From Octopus sinensis (lineage: Eukaryota), in the NCBI RefSeq assembly GCF_006345805.1, contig NC_042999.1:150722001-150786000 (forward strand): a stretch of DNA of 64,000 bases. The letters run 5' to 3'. Every line of letters starts with the position of its first letter. The first letter of the stretch is position 1. The translations under genes and the position numbers were made by a program. This document shows, one piece after another, positions 23,951 to 37,873 of the stretch. The notes under the pieces were generated by a model that saw only the letters and a list, made by a program, of their open reading frames with translations, was not told where the DNA came from and searched no databases.

Positions 23951-25399
23951 ATACTGAGATATAATTAAAATGTTGCTCTATCTGCTTAATGAATTGGCTA
24001 AACTCCATGAGATCCCACTGTACTCTCCTAATAAAAAGATAAGATACATTGACTTGTGCAGTCTTAGGATGTATGAAAAGATGTGGTGGTCACTACTGGA
24101 ATGTCTTTCATCATAAGTCTGCTGAATCAAGACTGAAAAGTGGCTAAATACTTTGGTAAACCCTACATTTTGATTTTAATTTTTAAAGCTTGGTTATTCA
24201 TGCCATTAAAGTACAACATTTTGTTTGACTGTGGGGCCCTAAATGATGTCTTTGACAGCATTTGAACTAGGACCAAAAGGATCATATGATAAACCTTGTA
24301 GACCAGAAGACCATTCAGCTACTCATCACTGCTGAAATCTGATAAAATTGGCACCAGCTATTAATGTAGCCAGATTAAGAAAAAAGCTGAATAAGAAATA
24401 GGTTCATTTCTTTCATTTTCAGGGTGGGGAGTTGGGGGTTGGTGTGTTTCTTGTCTTTCTTTCTTTCTTCTTGCATTTTTTTTTGTTTGTTTTGAGAAAG
24501 CCATTATAATGAGACTGTGTTCCTTGTAATTATTTTTGGCACTAAAGGAATGGTTTGTTTTGGTTGAGTAGCTAGGATAAGATGGTTGACTGATGGCTAA
24601 TGACCTTATGATGAACTAGTGTTGCCTGTACAGCTCTTCTGGTGGTAAAGAGATAGAGATAGAGGGAGAGAAAGAGAGAATCAGTGAGTGAAACAGAGGT
24701 GAAGCTAAGAGAAAGAAAGAGAAAACTGTTGAGTGGGGGAGTGAAAAAGTGGTAGGAAAAAATAGTTTATGTTAGATAAAGGCATTTTATCCCTTTTATT
24801 TCATTAACCATTAAATTCCTTGCAAAGACTTTCTTGATTTGTTTGTCTTCTTTTCTTTTTGTTTTGATGGCTAGGAAAGCTTGCAGAAATGGCTAAATTA
24901 AATAGATTATAATATTCTAGCTTCTAATGCAATCCTCAACATCCTTTTACTAATACAACATGGAAACAATTGTAGCATTCCAATTAGTTTTTGATATTTC
25001 ATTGTGTATCATCCTCCTGATTTTCTGTGTTACATGTTGTAGATGTGATAAACCACCCTTTTACAGTTTTTTTTTTTGTTTTTCTTGCTAATTCTTCTGT
25101 CAAAAAGCAAGTTCTTAACATCTTTCAACTATTCCAAGTTGTTCTGTGTCTTAAGAAAGCATTCTAATTCATTCTTTCCTTGAACCTCTCTCACTAATCC
25201 AGTATTCTTTCTATATTCCTCTATCACTGCCATTAATGTTTGGAATGGAATCTTCAGAGGTTAATTTGAAACAGTACTGATAAACTGCCATAAAATGCTA
25301 ATTGGATTGGCAGAGCTGTGGGTTTCAACCATTTTTGGCCTATGGACTCCTTTGGTTCCTATTTTCTCTTCTAGACCCCCATAACTTTTCAATGTTTAA

Positions 25400-25880
25400 A
25401 AGGAGTGGTTGTGTGGCAAGTAGCTTGCATACCAACCACATGGTTCTAGGTTCAGTCTCACTGCGTGTGTCTTCTACTAAAGCCTCCGGCTGATCAAAGC
25501 CCTGTGAATGTATTTGGTAGACAGAAACTGAAAGAAGCCTGTTGTGTATATTATCATCATCATCATATATATATATAAAGTTAATCTAAACATGAAAACA
25601 CAGCAATGCGAGGATGTGGAACAAGTATAGGTATAAGTTATTGGATGCTATGCATGTGTGTGTATATGTTTGTATGTAACCCCCCACCACCACCAACATA
25701 GCTTGACAACCAATGCTGGTGTGTTTACATCCCCATAACTTAGCGGTTCGGCAAAAGAGACTGATAGAATAAGTACTATGCTCACAAAGAATAAGTCCTG
25801 GGGTCAATTCACTCAACTAAAGGTGTTGCTCCAGCATGGCCGCAATCAAAATGACTGAAACAAGTAAAAGTGTAAAGAGT
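25400..25880 (+). mobile_element. tRNA/CORE-type SINE, full length
   Basis: Head, central microsatellite and tail present. Confidence 0.8.
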
Positions 25881-26334
25881 TAAAAGAGTATTCTTATTAT
25901 CAAATATTATTAGGAATTGTATTACAAAAATTGCTGAAATATTTTGTGTGTTGTAGAAGTATTACCAATATATTACCTGTATGAATGGAATCTAATATGA
26001 ACCCCAGTTGAGAATCACCAATGTAGAACAATGGGGGATGAAATGCCTTTCTTTACATGTTTTTAAATTGGGATTCAAATTTTGTGGAGGTCAGATCAAC
26101 TTTGTCTTTTATTCTCTTGAGGTCAATAAAATGAAGTACAGACAAGTACTGGTCTTGATATACTGTACTCTTCACTTGGTTCTGGGTTCAGTCCCACTGT
26201 ACTGCATGGTACCTTAGGCAAGTGTTTTCTACTGTAGTCCCAGGCTGACTAAAGCCTTGTGTGTGGTTGTCAAGCAATGGTGTGGGGGCAAATGCAAACA
26301 TATCCACACATATATGATAGACTTCCACACAGTT

Positions 26335-26570
26335 TCTTATTTCTTTATTACCCACAAGGGGCTAAACATAGAGGGGGACAAACAAGGACAGACAAAGGGA
26401 TTAAGTTGATTACATGACCCTAGCGTGTAACTGGTACTTAATTTATCAACCCTGAAAAGAGGAAAGGCAAAGTCGACCTCGGTGGAATTTGAACTCAGAA
26501 CTTAATGGCAGACGAAATACTGCTAAGCATTTTGCCTGGCATGCCAATGTTTCTGCTAGCTCACCTCCTT
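26335..26570 (-). mobile_element. Deu/Nin-type SINE
   Basis: Tail type cccacaaggggctaaac...gacagacaaa. Confidence 0.82.
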
Positions 26571-27159
26571 CCACACTGTTTCTATGTATCAAATTCACTT
26601 ACAAGGCATTAGTTGACCCAAGTCTATGGTAGGTGCTGTGCAGTGGGACTGAACCCAAAGCCATGTGGTTGTAAAGCAAGCTTCTAAACCACACAGCCAT
26701 GCTCATGCCTACTGTTAGCAAACTTATTTTTGTATCTCACCAGTGTTAAGTACCAGAGGGAAAGCCAGAAACTCTACACCATCTTTAGCAAATTTGTGGT
26801 TTTGTAACAATGTGAAGAGCTCTTAATTTTATTATCGTTGTAAGAGTGGTAGATTGGCAGAATTAGTTAAATGCTGGACGCTTGTGGTATTTGGTTATGC
26901 TACTTCACATTCTCTCTTCAAATTCTGATATTACTTGACTTTCCGTAATTCCAAGATCAATAAAATAAATACCACTCAAGCATTAAGACAAGCTCTACTC
27001 AACTGGTTCCTCCACACAAAATAAACATTTATATTAGAAAGCTTTCCTTATTGCTGTTGTTGCAGTTGTAGAGATGCAGTAATCCTCTCCTTAAGTTAAC
27101 CACTGGATTTACTTGAGTATCTTTTTCTTCAGTCTCATGCCTATAGGCATCCACCTACT

Positions 27160-28305
27160 CTTTTTACTCTCTTTTACTTGTTTCAGTCATTTAACTGCGG
27201 CCATGCTGGAGCACCGCCTTTAGTCGAGCAAATCGACCCCAGGACTTATTCTTTGTAAGCCTAGTACTTATTCTATCAGTCTGTTTTGCCGCACCGCTAA
27301 GTTATGGGGACATAAACACACCAGCATCAGTTGTCAAGCAATGTTGGGGGGACAAACACAGGCACAAAAACATATACACTCACACACATCATCATCATCA
27401 TCGTTTAATGTCCGTTTTCCGCGCTAGTACGGGTTGGACGGTTTGACTGGGGTCTGGGGAGCAGGGACTGCCCCTGGCTCCAGTCTGATCTGGCAGTTTT
27501 TTCTACAGCTGGATGCCCTTCCTAACGCCAACCACTCCGCGAGTGTAGTGGGTGCTTTTTACGTGCCACCTGCACAGATGCCAGAGGGGTCTGGCATCGG
27601 CCACGATCGGTTATTGCCTTTTTTCGTTGCATTGCGGCAGGGGGGGAAGGTTCCGGCAGAGAGGAGAGAGGGAGAGGGAGAGTGAGTGGTGGGGGGTGCA
27701 TGTAATATAGGGGAGCACCAGTGGGGAAGGTTTGGGGTAAAGAGAAACGATGACAGGTAGGGTTGGTGGCAGGTTCTAGACAGAATGAAAAGTAGGAAGT
27801 AAAATGTAGGATATCAAGAGTGGGGGAGGGGGCTGGAAGGAGATAACCGCGAACGAATGGCGGGCTGCGAAGATTTTGATTGGGGACAGTAGACTTAAAG
27901 CAATCGGGGTTTGAAGAAATGAACAGAGTAACGAACAAATTAACTTGGTACCGAGGGGATAAACAAATTAAAGGGTTATATTTTAAGAACAAGCAGAATT
28001 AGTGAATAGATTCGAACATTTAAGGGTTAGCAGCAAATGTATGTGTGTAGTACAAGAGTCAGGAAGAGATGAAATGAGAATTCTTAGCTTCATTGCTATG
28101 ATCATCGCTGTGTGGTCAAGAAGATATATATATATATATATACACACACACGATGGGCTTCTTTCAGTTTCCATCTACCAAATCCACTCACAAGGCTTTG
28201 GTTGGCCTGAGGCTATAGTAGAAGACACTTGCCTAAGGTGCCACGCAGTGGGACTGAACCCAGAACCATGTGGTTGGTAAGCAAGCGACTTACCACACAG
28301 TCACA
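27160..28305 (-). mobile_element. Nested cluster: tRNA/CORE SINE split by a (GAT)n-tailed SINE (27386-27610) and an unclassified insert (about 27611-28035)
   Basis: CORE-SINE tail half at 27160-27385 and head half at 28145-28305. Confidence 0.7.
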
Positions 28306-30554
28306 AGGATTTCTGTGCCAAAGTCTGAAGGTCCTTGATTTTTCTTGGGAAATGTACTGCCATGGTTTCCTGTTATCTTCTGCTGGTTTGTTTACAGTAG
28401 TGTTTCTCAACCATTTTACCTATGGACCCCTTTAATTTCTGTTTTGTTCTGGTGAACTCCCATAACTAATCAATGTTTTTAAAGATCAGTTTTATTTCTT
28501 TCAAAATTCTTATTTTGTCTTTTACATATTCACTTGTATAGGTTTGCAATAGAACTCTTTGAGAGAACATGTGTTCCAGTGGCCAGAAACATGTTGAAGG
28601 ATGTAGAATGTTAAAGAAAGAAACCTACTTGTTTCTTGCAATATCTGAAATAAAATTTTTGTATGAACACTCAAAATGCTGCTGAGGATCACCAATTTGC
28701 TATTTTGTTTCCAGGGACTCCACAAAATCTTATATGGACTCTTAGGAGTATTATGAACCCTGGTTGAAAACCACTGTCACTAATAATTAATTCTGTTTAT
28801 ATAGGTTTCAAACACCAGCTTAATGACAAAATTATTTTAGTAAATTCTTCATTATTATAGAAATTAATTGAAACAAAGGCAATATATTTCAACAGAAATA
28901 TAATAATAAGAAAATGTTTGAAGAATCAATCTTTGGTAACTCTGATTTTAGAAAACAGTTTATTTCAACATTTATCAGTTGATCCCTTAATATGATAACA
29001 GTATAGATTGGTGGTAGTGGAGTGTGTAACAAATATGCTTACAAGGGAAACCCAGTTAAATGAAATAATAAGGGTGGAAATTAATATTATTAAATAATAC
29101 CGATTTGAAACAGTGGTCAGCATACATTAAAAAAATGCCCAAAAACTGTGAATTATATTTAAATATTAATAAGAGGAGAGACCACTAAGTGGATCCCTTG
29201 CATGCTAAAAATAGACGTCAAACCTCCTACTGCGAAATATGTGTTCTCAGACAAATGAAAACAAATAAACATAACACTTAATTCCAAACCTTAAATCAAT
29301 TAATTATAAATTAGGTTAGTGATAAAAGGCCAGAGGTTAACTGATAAGTAAAGCAAAGCCAGACAAGATGCATGGTGTTTCAAATCCATTGGAGTCACAT
29401 TCAATTAAACATTTGTTCACCATGAATGGAGAACCAGAAACTTTGAATAACAGAAATGAAAATGAAACCTATTTTTCGCCTTTTAGTTTTTACTTGTTTT
29501 GGTCATAAGACTGCGGTCATGCTGCAGCACTGCCGAAGAAGAATATTTTAGCTGAACAAATCGATCTCAGTACTTGCTTTATGTTTTTAAGCCTGGTACT
29601 TATTTTATCAGTCTTTTTTGCTGAACCACTAAGTTAGAGAGGTGTAAACGAACCTATACCAGTTGTCAAGCGATGGTAGGTGACAAACATAGGCTAAAAC
29701 ACACACATACAGAGTTTCTTCCGGTTTCCATCTTCTGACTCCACTCACAAGGCTTTGGATGGCCCAAGGCTATAATAGAAGACAGTTGCCTAAGGTGCCA
29801 TATTGTGGGACTGATCCTGGAACCGTGTGGTTCATAAGCAAGCTACTTACCACATGATGGTATTGGAGTTAATTTATGTATTTCTGTGTGTGTGTGTGTG
29901 TGTGTACTAGATGTGGTGAGGCCATTAGTAAACAAAACATGCAAATGGTAATGTTCGTAAATTCATTAGTAGTGATGGTCATGGTGGTTGTAACGAGGCA
30001 ATGATGGAAGAGTAGTGGTAATAGTAGTAAGAGGAGGAGGAGAAGGAGGGTGTGAATATAGTTAACAAATTAATAAGGAAAATATATCACCGGAAAATTA
30101 AGAAGCCTGCAGAAAATTAAAGGGCACCAAACAGTAAACCTTCCCCCCAACACACACAATGACTCTAACACACATACACACACACACACATATGCTCACA
30201 AATTTATATATAAGGCACCAATGTAATGAAAGATGCAAAATAATAATAATAATAATAATAATGACAACAACAACATTATTATTATTATTATTATTTCTTC
30301 TGCTGACACTAGGACACATATTTATGACAAAGATTTATAAATGTCAATTTATCAACCGCAATATATGTTTAGTGCATATTAATGTTTAACCCCAGAAGCA
30401 TGGAAGGGTGGAGCTGACACTGGTTGGATTTCAACCCCCGAATGTAGTTGAGATAAAAGTCTGAATATTGTAAGGGAGCAGTTATCTGACAATTCTGCCA
30501 TTACATGGCCTTCATAATAATAATAAATAATAATAACAATAATAATAATAATTG

Positions 30555-30765
30555 TTATTATTATTTCAAATTTTTGCCATATGGGCAGCTTGAAGGAGGT
30601 AGGGATGAGTTAAACTGTGTTCAACTGGTACTTATTTTATTGATCCCGAAAGGATGAAAGGTAAAGTCAACCTCGGCAGAATTTGAACTCAGAACATAGT
30701 GACAGGTGAAATACTGCTAAATGTTTTGTCCAGTGCGCTAACGATTCTGCCAGCTCACTGCCTTA
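30555..30765 (-). mobile_element. Deu/Nin-type SINE
   Basis: Family consensus match flanked by (AAT)n. Confidence 0.78.
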
Positions 30766-31349
30766 ATAATAGTAATAATAATAATAATATTGATTCTTTC
30801 TCTTAAGGGCCATGAAGGCCATAAAAAATGCTTAGGACAAATAGCAGTGGGGACTTGCATAAAAACATGTAAACAATAAAAATCAATTACAACTAACAAA
30901 ACAATTTTAACCAACAAATTTCCCAAAAGGGGCAAAACACCACCCGGGGGCAATCAAAGAACCCCACAGATCCTGAGCCACTCTACTTACCAGCATTACC
31001 ATGGCAAGTGCTCCTCTTTTCTTCTTGCTTCTCAGCCTACAGGTACCAGCTTAGAGTTGGCCCACTCACTCAGGCTATCCTTGTCACATCCACCCACCTT
31101 TCAACAAATTTACAGGGAAGCAGCACATCCCTCTCAACCCTCACCTTTCTTTTCAAATAGAATTTTAAAAAGTCAACGAGGGCGTGATTGAAATGGAAAG
31201 TTTCTGTCTTGAGTCCTTTCAGTTTTGTCCATCATGCAACCTTTTTTGCTATAGCCACTAGACAGAAGAAAACTGCCTTCTTTTCTAATGAAAGGAAGGT
31301 AGTGGAAGCAATTTTCACAATAGAGTTGGCAATAGTGGGTTCCATCCTA

Positions 31350-31862
31350 CATGTGCGAACGTAGTTTGTCGATGCAACGAAGACCATCTAGTCATCCTGG
31401 GGTGGGGGTGGGCTTGTTTTGTGAGTCTGCAGATGGCAAGTGAGGCCAATCTGTGCTCAAAAGAGTCTTTGACAGTGTGGATAGGGAATGGTAGCACCTG
31501 CCACAGAGTTGTTAACTCTGTTCTTCCTGGTTTGTCTGTGGTCTTCTACAGCAGTGATCCTATTAGTCTCACATGTGTTGGCACCTCTGTGGACAGCTGA
31601 TTGCCACCCTTCTCTGTCTAGAGCAGACTGCTCCCAAGTGTCATGGTTGATGTTGAAGGCTTTCAGTATGTCCTTAAAGCACTTCTTCTGACTGCCTTGT
31701 TGGCGCTTTCCGTTTTGCAGTCCGCCAAAGAGCAATCTTTTTGGTAATCGATCATTTGACATGCGAGCTACGTGCCCTGCCCAGTGAAGCTGAGACTGCA
31801 TCAAGATGGTATGGATGCTGGGCAGGTTAGCACATATTAGTACCTCGGTGTTCCATCCTCAT
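31350..31862 (-). pseudogene. RTE-clade (BovB-like) LINE 3' fragment: post-RT region and C-terminal CCHH-like motif
   Basis: TEVL..ANLPSIHTILMQSQLHWAGHVARMSNDRLPKRLLFG...PHCQRLF*AQIGLTCHLQTH; the internal TGA is consistent with CGA deamination. Confidence 0.9.
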
Positions 31863-33189
31863 GTAAGAGCAGATATTCAACATAACTCCATAAGTCAGCA
31901 ATGCTCAAGCACTGTACATGTGCATATATGATGAGTCCATTGCTCTGCACATATCACAGGCAGGTTTGGCTGGTAGCACTTCCATGCCACCTGCAGAGTT
32001 TATCCTGAACTGGCCATATCCCTCAGTTGCACTATTAGACTAGGGATTTCTGGAACTTTTTCCATGGCTCTGGTCTGAAAGTCCTCCAGAACAGACCAGC
32101 CAATTAATTTTCATCAAAACCCAAAGTTTCCCCAAGGGCATTGTAGCTAGCTCATGACCAACACTATGTACAAAACCAAATATATGGCACACTAGGCATA
32201 ACACCAACATGATCTTCCAACTTGTTGTCTCTGGGTGAAATTTGGAGCCAACTTGTACAAATGTAAAGCAGAAGTCAAGCATGAAATAATAATAATAAAC
32301 AGCAACATCAACAACAATCATAATTGTTTCTCATGCTAATATTAATAACTGCTTAATAATAATAATAATGAAATTTCCTATATAGGATTTTATAATATCA
32401 CATGACAGTATTGTTATTAATTATAAAGGGTAGGGGATGACAAAATTGGTGAAGCACCAGACGAATGTCTTGCAGTATTTAGTTACATCTTTGTATGCTC
32501 TGTAAAAAAATATAGGACCCCTCCTTCAAAATTTATAGCTTTGTACCAAATTTACAAATCATTTGTACAATTTGCATGCGAAATGGAAAAGAAAGATGAA
32601 GAGAGAGGTGTTGCCCTCTTGTAAATTTGTTGAAAACTGGGTGAGCAGTGACAAACATGGCCAAATTGAATTAGGTGTAGAAACAAAACTGATATAATAT
32701 TTCTTTGACACTGATTTCACACCATTTCTTATGTAATTTGATGTTGCTCTTGATAAATTTTATGCAGAATCTTCAAAAGAATTTGTTTACATATCTGTTC
32801 ACTCTGGTACTGAATTTCACTGGCTATACATTCTTGTTTGTTTAAATGCAGCAGTAAATACTTGGAGGAAGTGACATGATTGGTTATTTTTAGCTAATCA
32901 AATTACTTCATTCTGATGCACACACACACATTGATGCATATGCACATACATTATGACATGATACAAATCATTTTATATTGTCACTTAAGTATTGTTCTTT
33001 ACTGCTATCACCCACTTCTGGTGAAGAGCAACTAAATATTTTGTGTGTGGTTTGGTTGATAAACCAGAGTGGTACTTGGTACTTGAGTGGTTCTTTGCGA
33101 GATAAGACAGAGTAGAATCTATTAGAATTTGAGCTGAAAATGTAGAGGGGTGTAGCTTGCAAGGCATTTTGTTAGGTACCCTGTCAATT

Positions 33190-33990
33190 CTGCCATTCAC
33201 TGTGCCACTTGACTGGCTCCCGTACCAGTGGCATGTAAAAAGCACCATCTGAATGTGGCTGATGCCAGCACCCCTTGATTGGCTTCTGTGCTGGTGGCAC
33301 TTAAAAAACACCACCTGATAGTGGTCGATACCAGGTCTGCCTGACTGGTCCCTGTGCCGGTGGCAGATAAAAAACCCGGAATCATGTAGTTTGTAAGTAA
33401 GCTACTTACCACACAGCCACTCCTACGCCTGTTAATTTTATTTAAACATTTATATATTTGCTATTGATTTCAAATTTTGGCTCAAGGCAGCAATTCAGGG
33501 TTTGTTGGATAAATTGATGACATTGATCTCCAGTGCTCAACTGGTGTTTATTTTATCAACCCCATAGGGATGAAAAGCAAAGTCAACCTCGGTGGAATTT
33601 GAGCTCAGAATGTAAAGTTGGATGAAATACCACTAAGCATTTTGCCTGGCATGTTAACAGTTCTTCTAGCTCGCTACCTTATTGTTGTTTGTTCCTTCTT
33701 GAGCCATGCCTGGCTCATAGGGCCGGTTTTCCAGTTTCCTTGGAGTATAGATTCCTCACCTGGATGGGACACCGGTCCGTCACAGGTGGGCTGCTGCAAA
33801 ATTCAGGAGGAAAGAGTGAGAGAAAGTTGTGGCGAGAGAGTCTTCAGAAGTTCACTAGTACCTTCTGCCGGAGCCGCGTGGAGCTTAGTTGTTTCGCTCA
33901 TAAACAAACACATCGCCCAATCTGAGATTCGAACCTGTGATCCCTTGACCGCGAATCCGCTGCTCTAACCACTAGGCCATGTGCCTCCAC
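33190..33990. mobile_element. Cluster of SINE fragments ((GAT)-tail family modules, Deu/Nin SINE 33460-33678 -, family E-related 33715-33990 -)
   Basis: Matches to the families seen elsewhere in the window. Confidence 0.7.
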
Positions 33991-34028
33991 TCGCTGCCTT
34001 ATACAGGTAAACAATCAATATTGATGAA

Positions 34029-34148
34029 TAGAATGTTAAAACATGACTTGATAAACCACAATCTCAAAGACATGAGCATCAGACTGCTCCAGTTACCAAG
34101 GAATTAGATAGATACAACACTGATATTGCCACTTTGTGTGAAATGCAA
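34029..34148 (+). pseudogene. Ancient RTE LINE apurinic-endonuclease N-terminal fragment
   Basis: Frame from 34029 reads *NVKT*LDKPQSQRHEHQTAPVTKELDRYNTDIATLCEMQ, resembling the RTE motif WNVRTLLD...RPERRTALVARELARYNIDIAALSETR. Confidence 0.7.
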
Positions 34149-34479
34149 ATATGTGTCTTTTATGTTGTAATTGTTTTAGTTTCAACTCATGGTTTCTGAT
34201 CGAACCACTTGCCCAGACAAGTACATCTCCCAAATTAGCAAGTTTATAAAACCTGGTCTGCAATACTTATTTGGTTGTATTTATCGTTTATCAATTGATG
34301 TGGTTGTAATTCTGGCTTACATGTTTATTTGGAACATCAGAAGAGTTATGGGCATCATCTGGTAATTATTATAAGTATTTGTTACATCAGACACAAACAA
34401 GAAAGAGATAAATATCAGCAACTACTCAGTTTATTCAGGAAAGGTTACAGTTCAATAAGAAGGAATCTTCCATTTGTTG

Positions 34480-34870
34480 GAATCACCAACACACTGCTTC
34501 TATGACTTAATACTTTTCTCATTATAAAGCATTCTTCCTTCCCTCTACACCAATCTCCTCCTCTGTTTACATCAGTCTCCCTCTCTCTCTCTGCTCAGTC
34601 TTCACTTTCTTTACATCATCCTTCTTCTCTCTTAACTATTCTTATCCTCTACTTACACTCTCCGTCTCTCTGTACCTGCCTTCCCACTCTCTCTGCCATT
34701 CCCCCTTCACTGTTCCTCTACCACTCTCTTTTCTTCCTCCTCTCTCTACAACACTTCTTCTTCCACTCTCTCTACACCAGCCTTCCCGTCACTCTACCAC
34801 ACTCCCATTGTTCTACAACTCTCTCTCTCTCTCTCTCTACCATTCTTTCTTCTCACTAGACTTTGCTGCC
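34480..34870. repeat. Polypyrimidine (CT-rich) low-complexity tract
   Basis: Direct reading. Confidence 0.8.
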
Positions 34871-35534
34871 ACTGGATAATACACAAGACTATTGCAACCA
34901 ACTCACTATATTCATTACATATCTAAAATTAGCTCACTATATCTACTGCATATCTGAGACCCTACATAATATCTATCGTTCTAAGTGTACAGAGGTCCTC
35001 CTGAGAAAAACAGTGAAATATTCAGAACTGATTTGAACTCGTCCCCTGGTACTCAGTCAGTTATGATCATGGGTGTCCCAGTTGATCTGATCAACAGAAT
35101 AAGCTAGCTCTTGAAATTGATGAGCAAGTGGCTTATCACTTCACAGACACGTGTACTGTTAAAATAGTTATCAGGGAGATTCAGCATGACACATCTAATG
35201 TGACAAGACTGGCCCTTTGAATTACAGGTGCAATATAATTTTGCCAGCTGAGTGAACTCATCACCCACCAATTAGCTGTCTGATAACGTGTTCACGTGAT
35301 ACTCTTCCAGTTTTCAAAATTTTATTCAGTTTACCTTTACAAGTAGGAGGCAAGGAAAATATTTTAAATTTATTAACAAATTTGACTCATCATCTTGTCT
35401 TGTGAACAGCTGTTTTGTTTACATTGATGGAATTTCATGTATCAGCAGTAAAAAAAAGTCTGTATGTGTATACATATGTATATGTGTACATATAAGTACC
35501 TAAACATATATATAGGTACATGTATGTGTGTGTA

Positions 35535-35569
<35 letters not shown>

Positions 35570-36160
35570 CCTATATAATTCCATTTTGCACTTACATACA
35601 CACATCTGACAGCTTTCCATATGGTTTTCATTTACCAAATTTCACCCACAAATTTTTGGCCAGCCTATGTCTATGACCGAAGACAGTTGTCCCAAGTACC
35701 ATGTAATTGGATTGAAGCAAACTCCTTGGCCACATAGCATAGCAATATGGTATGGCCTATCCCCCTCCCCCAAAATTTCAGGCCTTGTACCCATAATAGA
35801 GAGGATATGGTTAACTATATATTCTTTTATTCTTCTTTCATTTACTTGTTGCAGTCATTTGACTGTAGCCATGCTGCAGCACCGCCTTTAGTTGAACAAA
35901 TCGACCCCAACTTATTCTTTCTAAGCCTAGTGCTTTTTATATCAGTCTCTTTTGCCGAACCACTAAGTTTTTCAACTATTATTTTCATATTCTTATTACT
36001 TGCTCTGGCTGTTTTTTATGAATATGATGAATCTTTATTAGAAATCATTCTTTCTCTCTTTTTGGACCCCTCAAAAAGTTTGAATTGTTCTTTTTTGAAC
36101 TTATTTTCCCCCATATATATATATATATATATATACTTTATTTAAAAGCAGCAGAAATAT

Positions 36161-36213
36161 AACAAAAGCTGTTACTCAGAGTTTCACGTTCCTGTTTGTC
36201 AGACAGTTTTGTT
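36161..36213 (-). ncRNA. Minimal type-I hammerhead ribozyme motif (Penelope pseudo-LTR type), core G8>A variant
   Basis: Minus strand aacaaaactgt-CTGACAA-ac(aggaac)gt-GAAAC-tctga-GTA-acag-c-ttttgtt: 11-bp stem I with one bulged C, 2-bp stem II, minimal stem III with near-palindromic actctgagt, GUA cleavage triplet. Confidence 0.72.
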
Positions 36214-37873
36214 AAAATAGAACAGAAATAACAATATGATCAAAACTAGTTGAAGGATACACCTTTAAAAATGGATTTGTTTCATTGGTCCTTTCAAATA
36301 ACAGTCTTAAGCATGCGATAAACAAATTCAATATAAATTCATCCTATTAAAAAATCGAGGAAAAACCTTAAATCAAAGAGCAGATTCAAAATTGTGATTA
36401 ATTATATATGAAATATAATTCGATTAATACAATTAATATATTAGAAATTAAAATATTTCACAACAGTATATACGCATTCTAAACCATCAATATACATATA
36501 TACATCAAAATACACAGATGGATATACAGAGACCACATACATATGCAGACATATGTATGTAAGATTTAAATATACACACAAATACACATATATGTATATG
36601 CAACCTTGCCCGCATGCAAAAATTTACAGGGACATAAAAAATTCTCTACCGGCCCTACATACCATTCACTCAACACTTGTTCTTCATTCATTATAGCACT
36701 CACTCATGCCGGTGATACAAAAAAAAAGGCAAAAATCATCCAATATGTGCTGTAAAGTGGTTGGCATTAGGAAGGGCACCAAGCTGTAGAAACCCTACCA
36801 AAGTAGACAGTGGAGCACACAGCAGGCCTTGGAACTGTCAGATCCTATCAGATTATACAACTCATGCCAGCATGGGACAGACATTAATTGATGATGATGA
36901 TGATATATATATATGTGTGTGTGTGTATTTATATTTATACATACCTTCCTACATACATACATTTTCATTCATTCATACACACAAACACACACACATGTAC
37001 ATACATATACACACATGCACAAGAGGTTACTATATTTAGAAGTAGTCAAAAACTTCTTCAGGAGGAATTTAGCCTATTTCTTGTCTCTATGACTTCCTCT
37101 GTTATTATTCTAAGTAGCAATTCCTTTAACGATTTCACTAATTGTTTTCATGTTCTAATCAGAAATTATCCAAACCAACATGTCAAAGAACAAAAAAAAA
37201 AAAACAACAACAGCGCAACAAAAACATAAGACCAAAACAACAACAAAAAAAAACATAGATAAAAATAAAAATCTAAATGAAGTCAGTGTACATCACCATT
37301 GAGTAACTGTTGGTTAAATGTGTTGTAAGAACACACTGCATGGGGTATAGTATACACTAGGAACTAACAGGAAGCATGCTTGCCCTTTTTTACTATTCTT
37401 CTAGAATATGAGAGGATGTTTTGTCATGCTAGTTAGTTTATATGTTTTCGAAACTGCAAAGCTTTTTTTGTTTTTCTTTAATTATCTCTAGTATTTCTTT
37501 CAACTATTCTGTTGTGAAGATTTGTAACCTTTTTACTGCAACTGAAAAGAGGAACATATTTGCTGTGCTGAACATCACAATTTCACTTTCACCTATTGCA
37601 GCATTTTGCATGAAGCAAACATTATATACACACGTGTGGTGATGTTGTGTCTGTCTGTCTGTGTATCTTTCTATCTATCTATCTGGGCATCTACTTATCT
37701 CTCTTGAATCTCATTTCCCCTCCCCTCTCCAATCTCTCTTTTTCTCTCTCTATGTATGTATATATATATATATATATATAATGATAAATGCCAAAATGAA
37801 TTTCTGTGTGCCAGTGCTTCACACTTTGGCCCCCCTCTCTCACTATTCAGTGACACTTTTACTATTCCTCATG

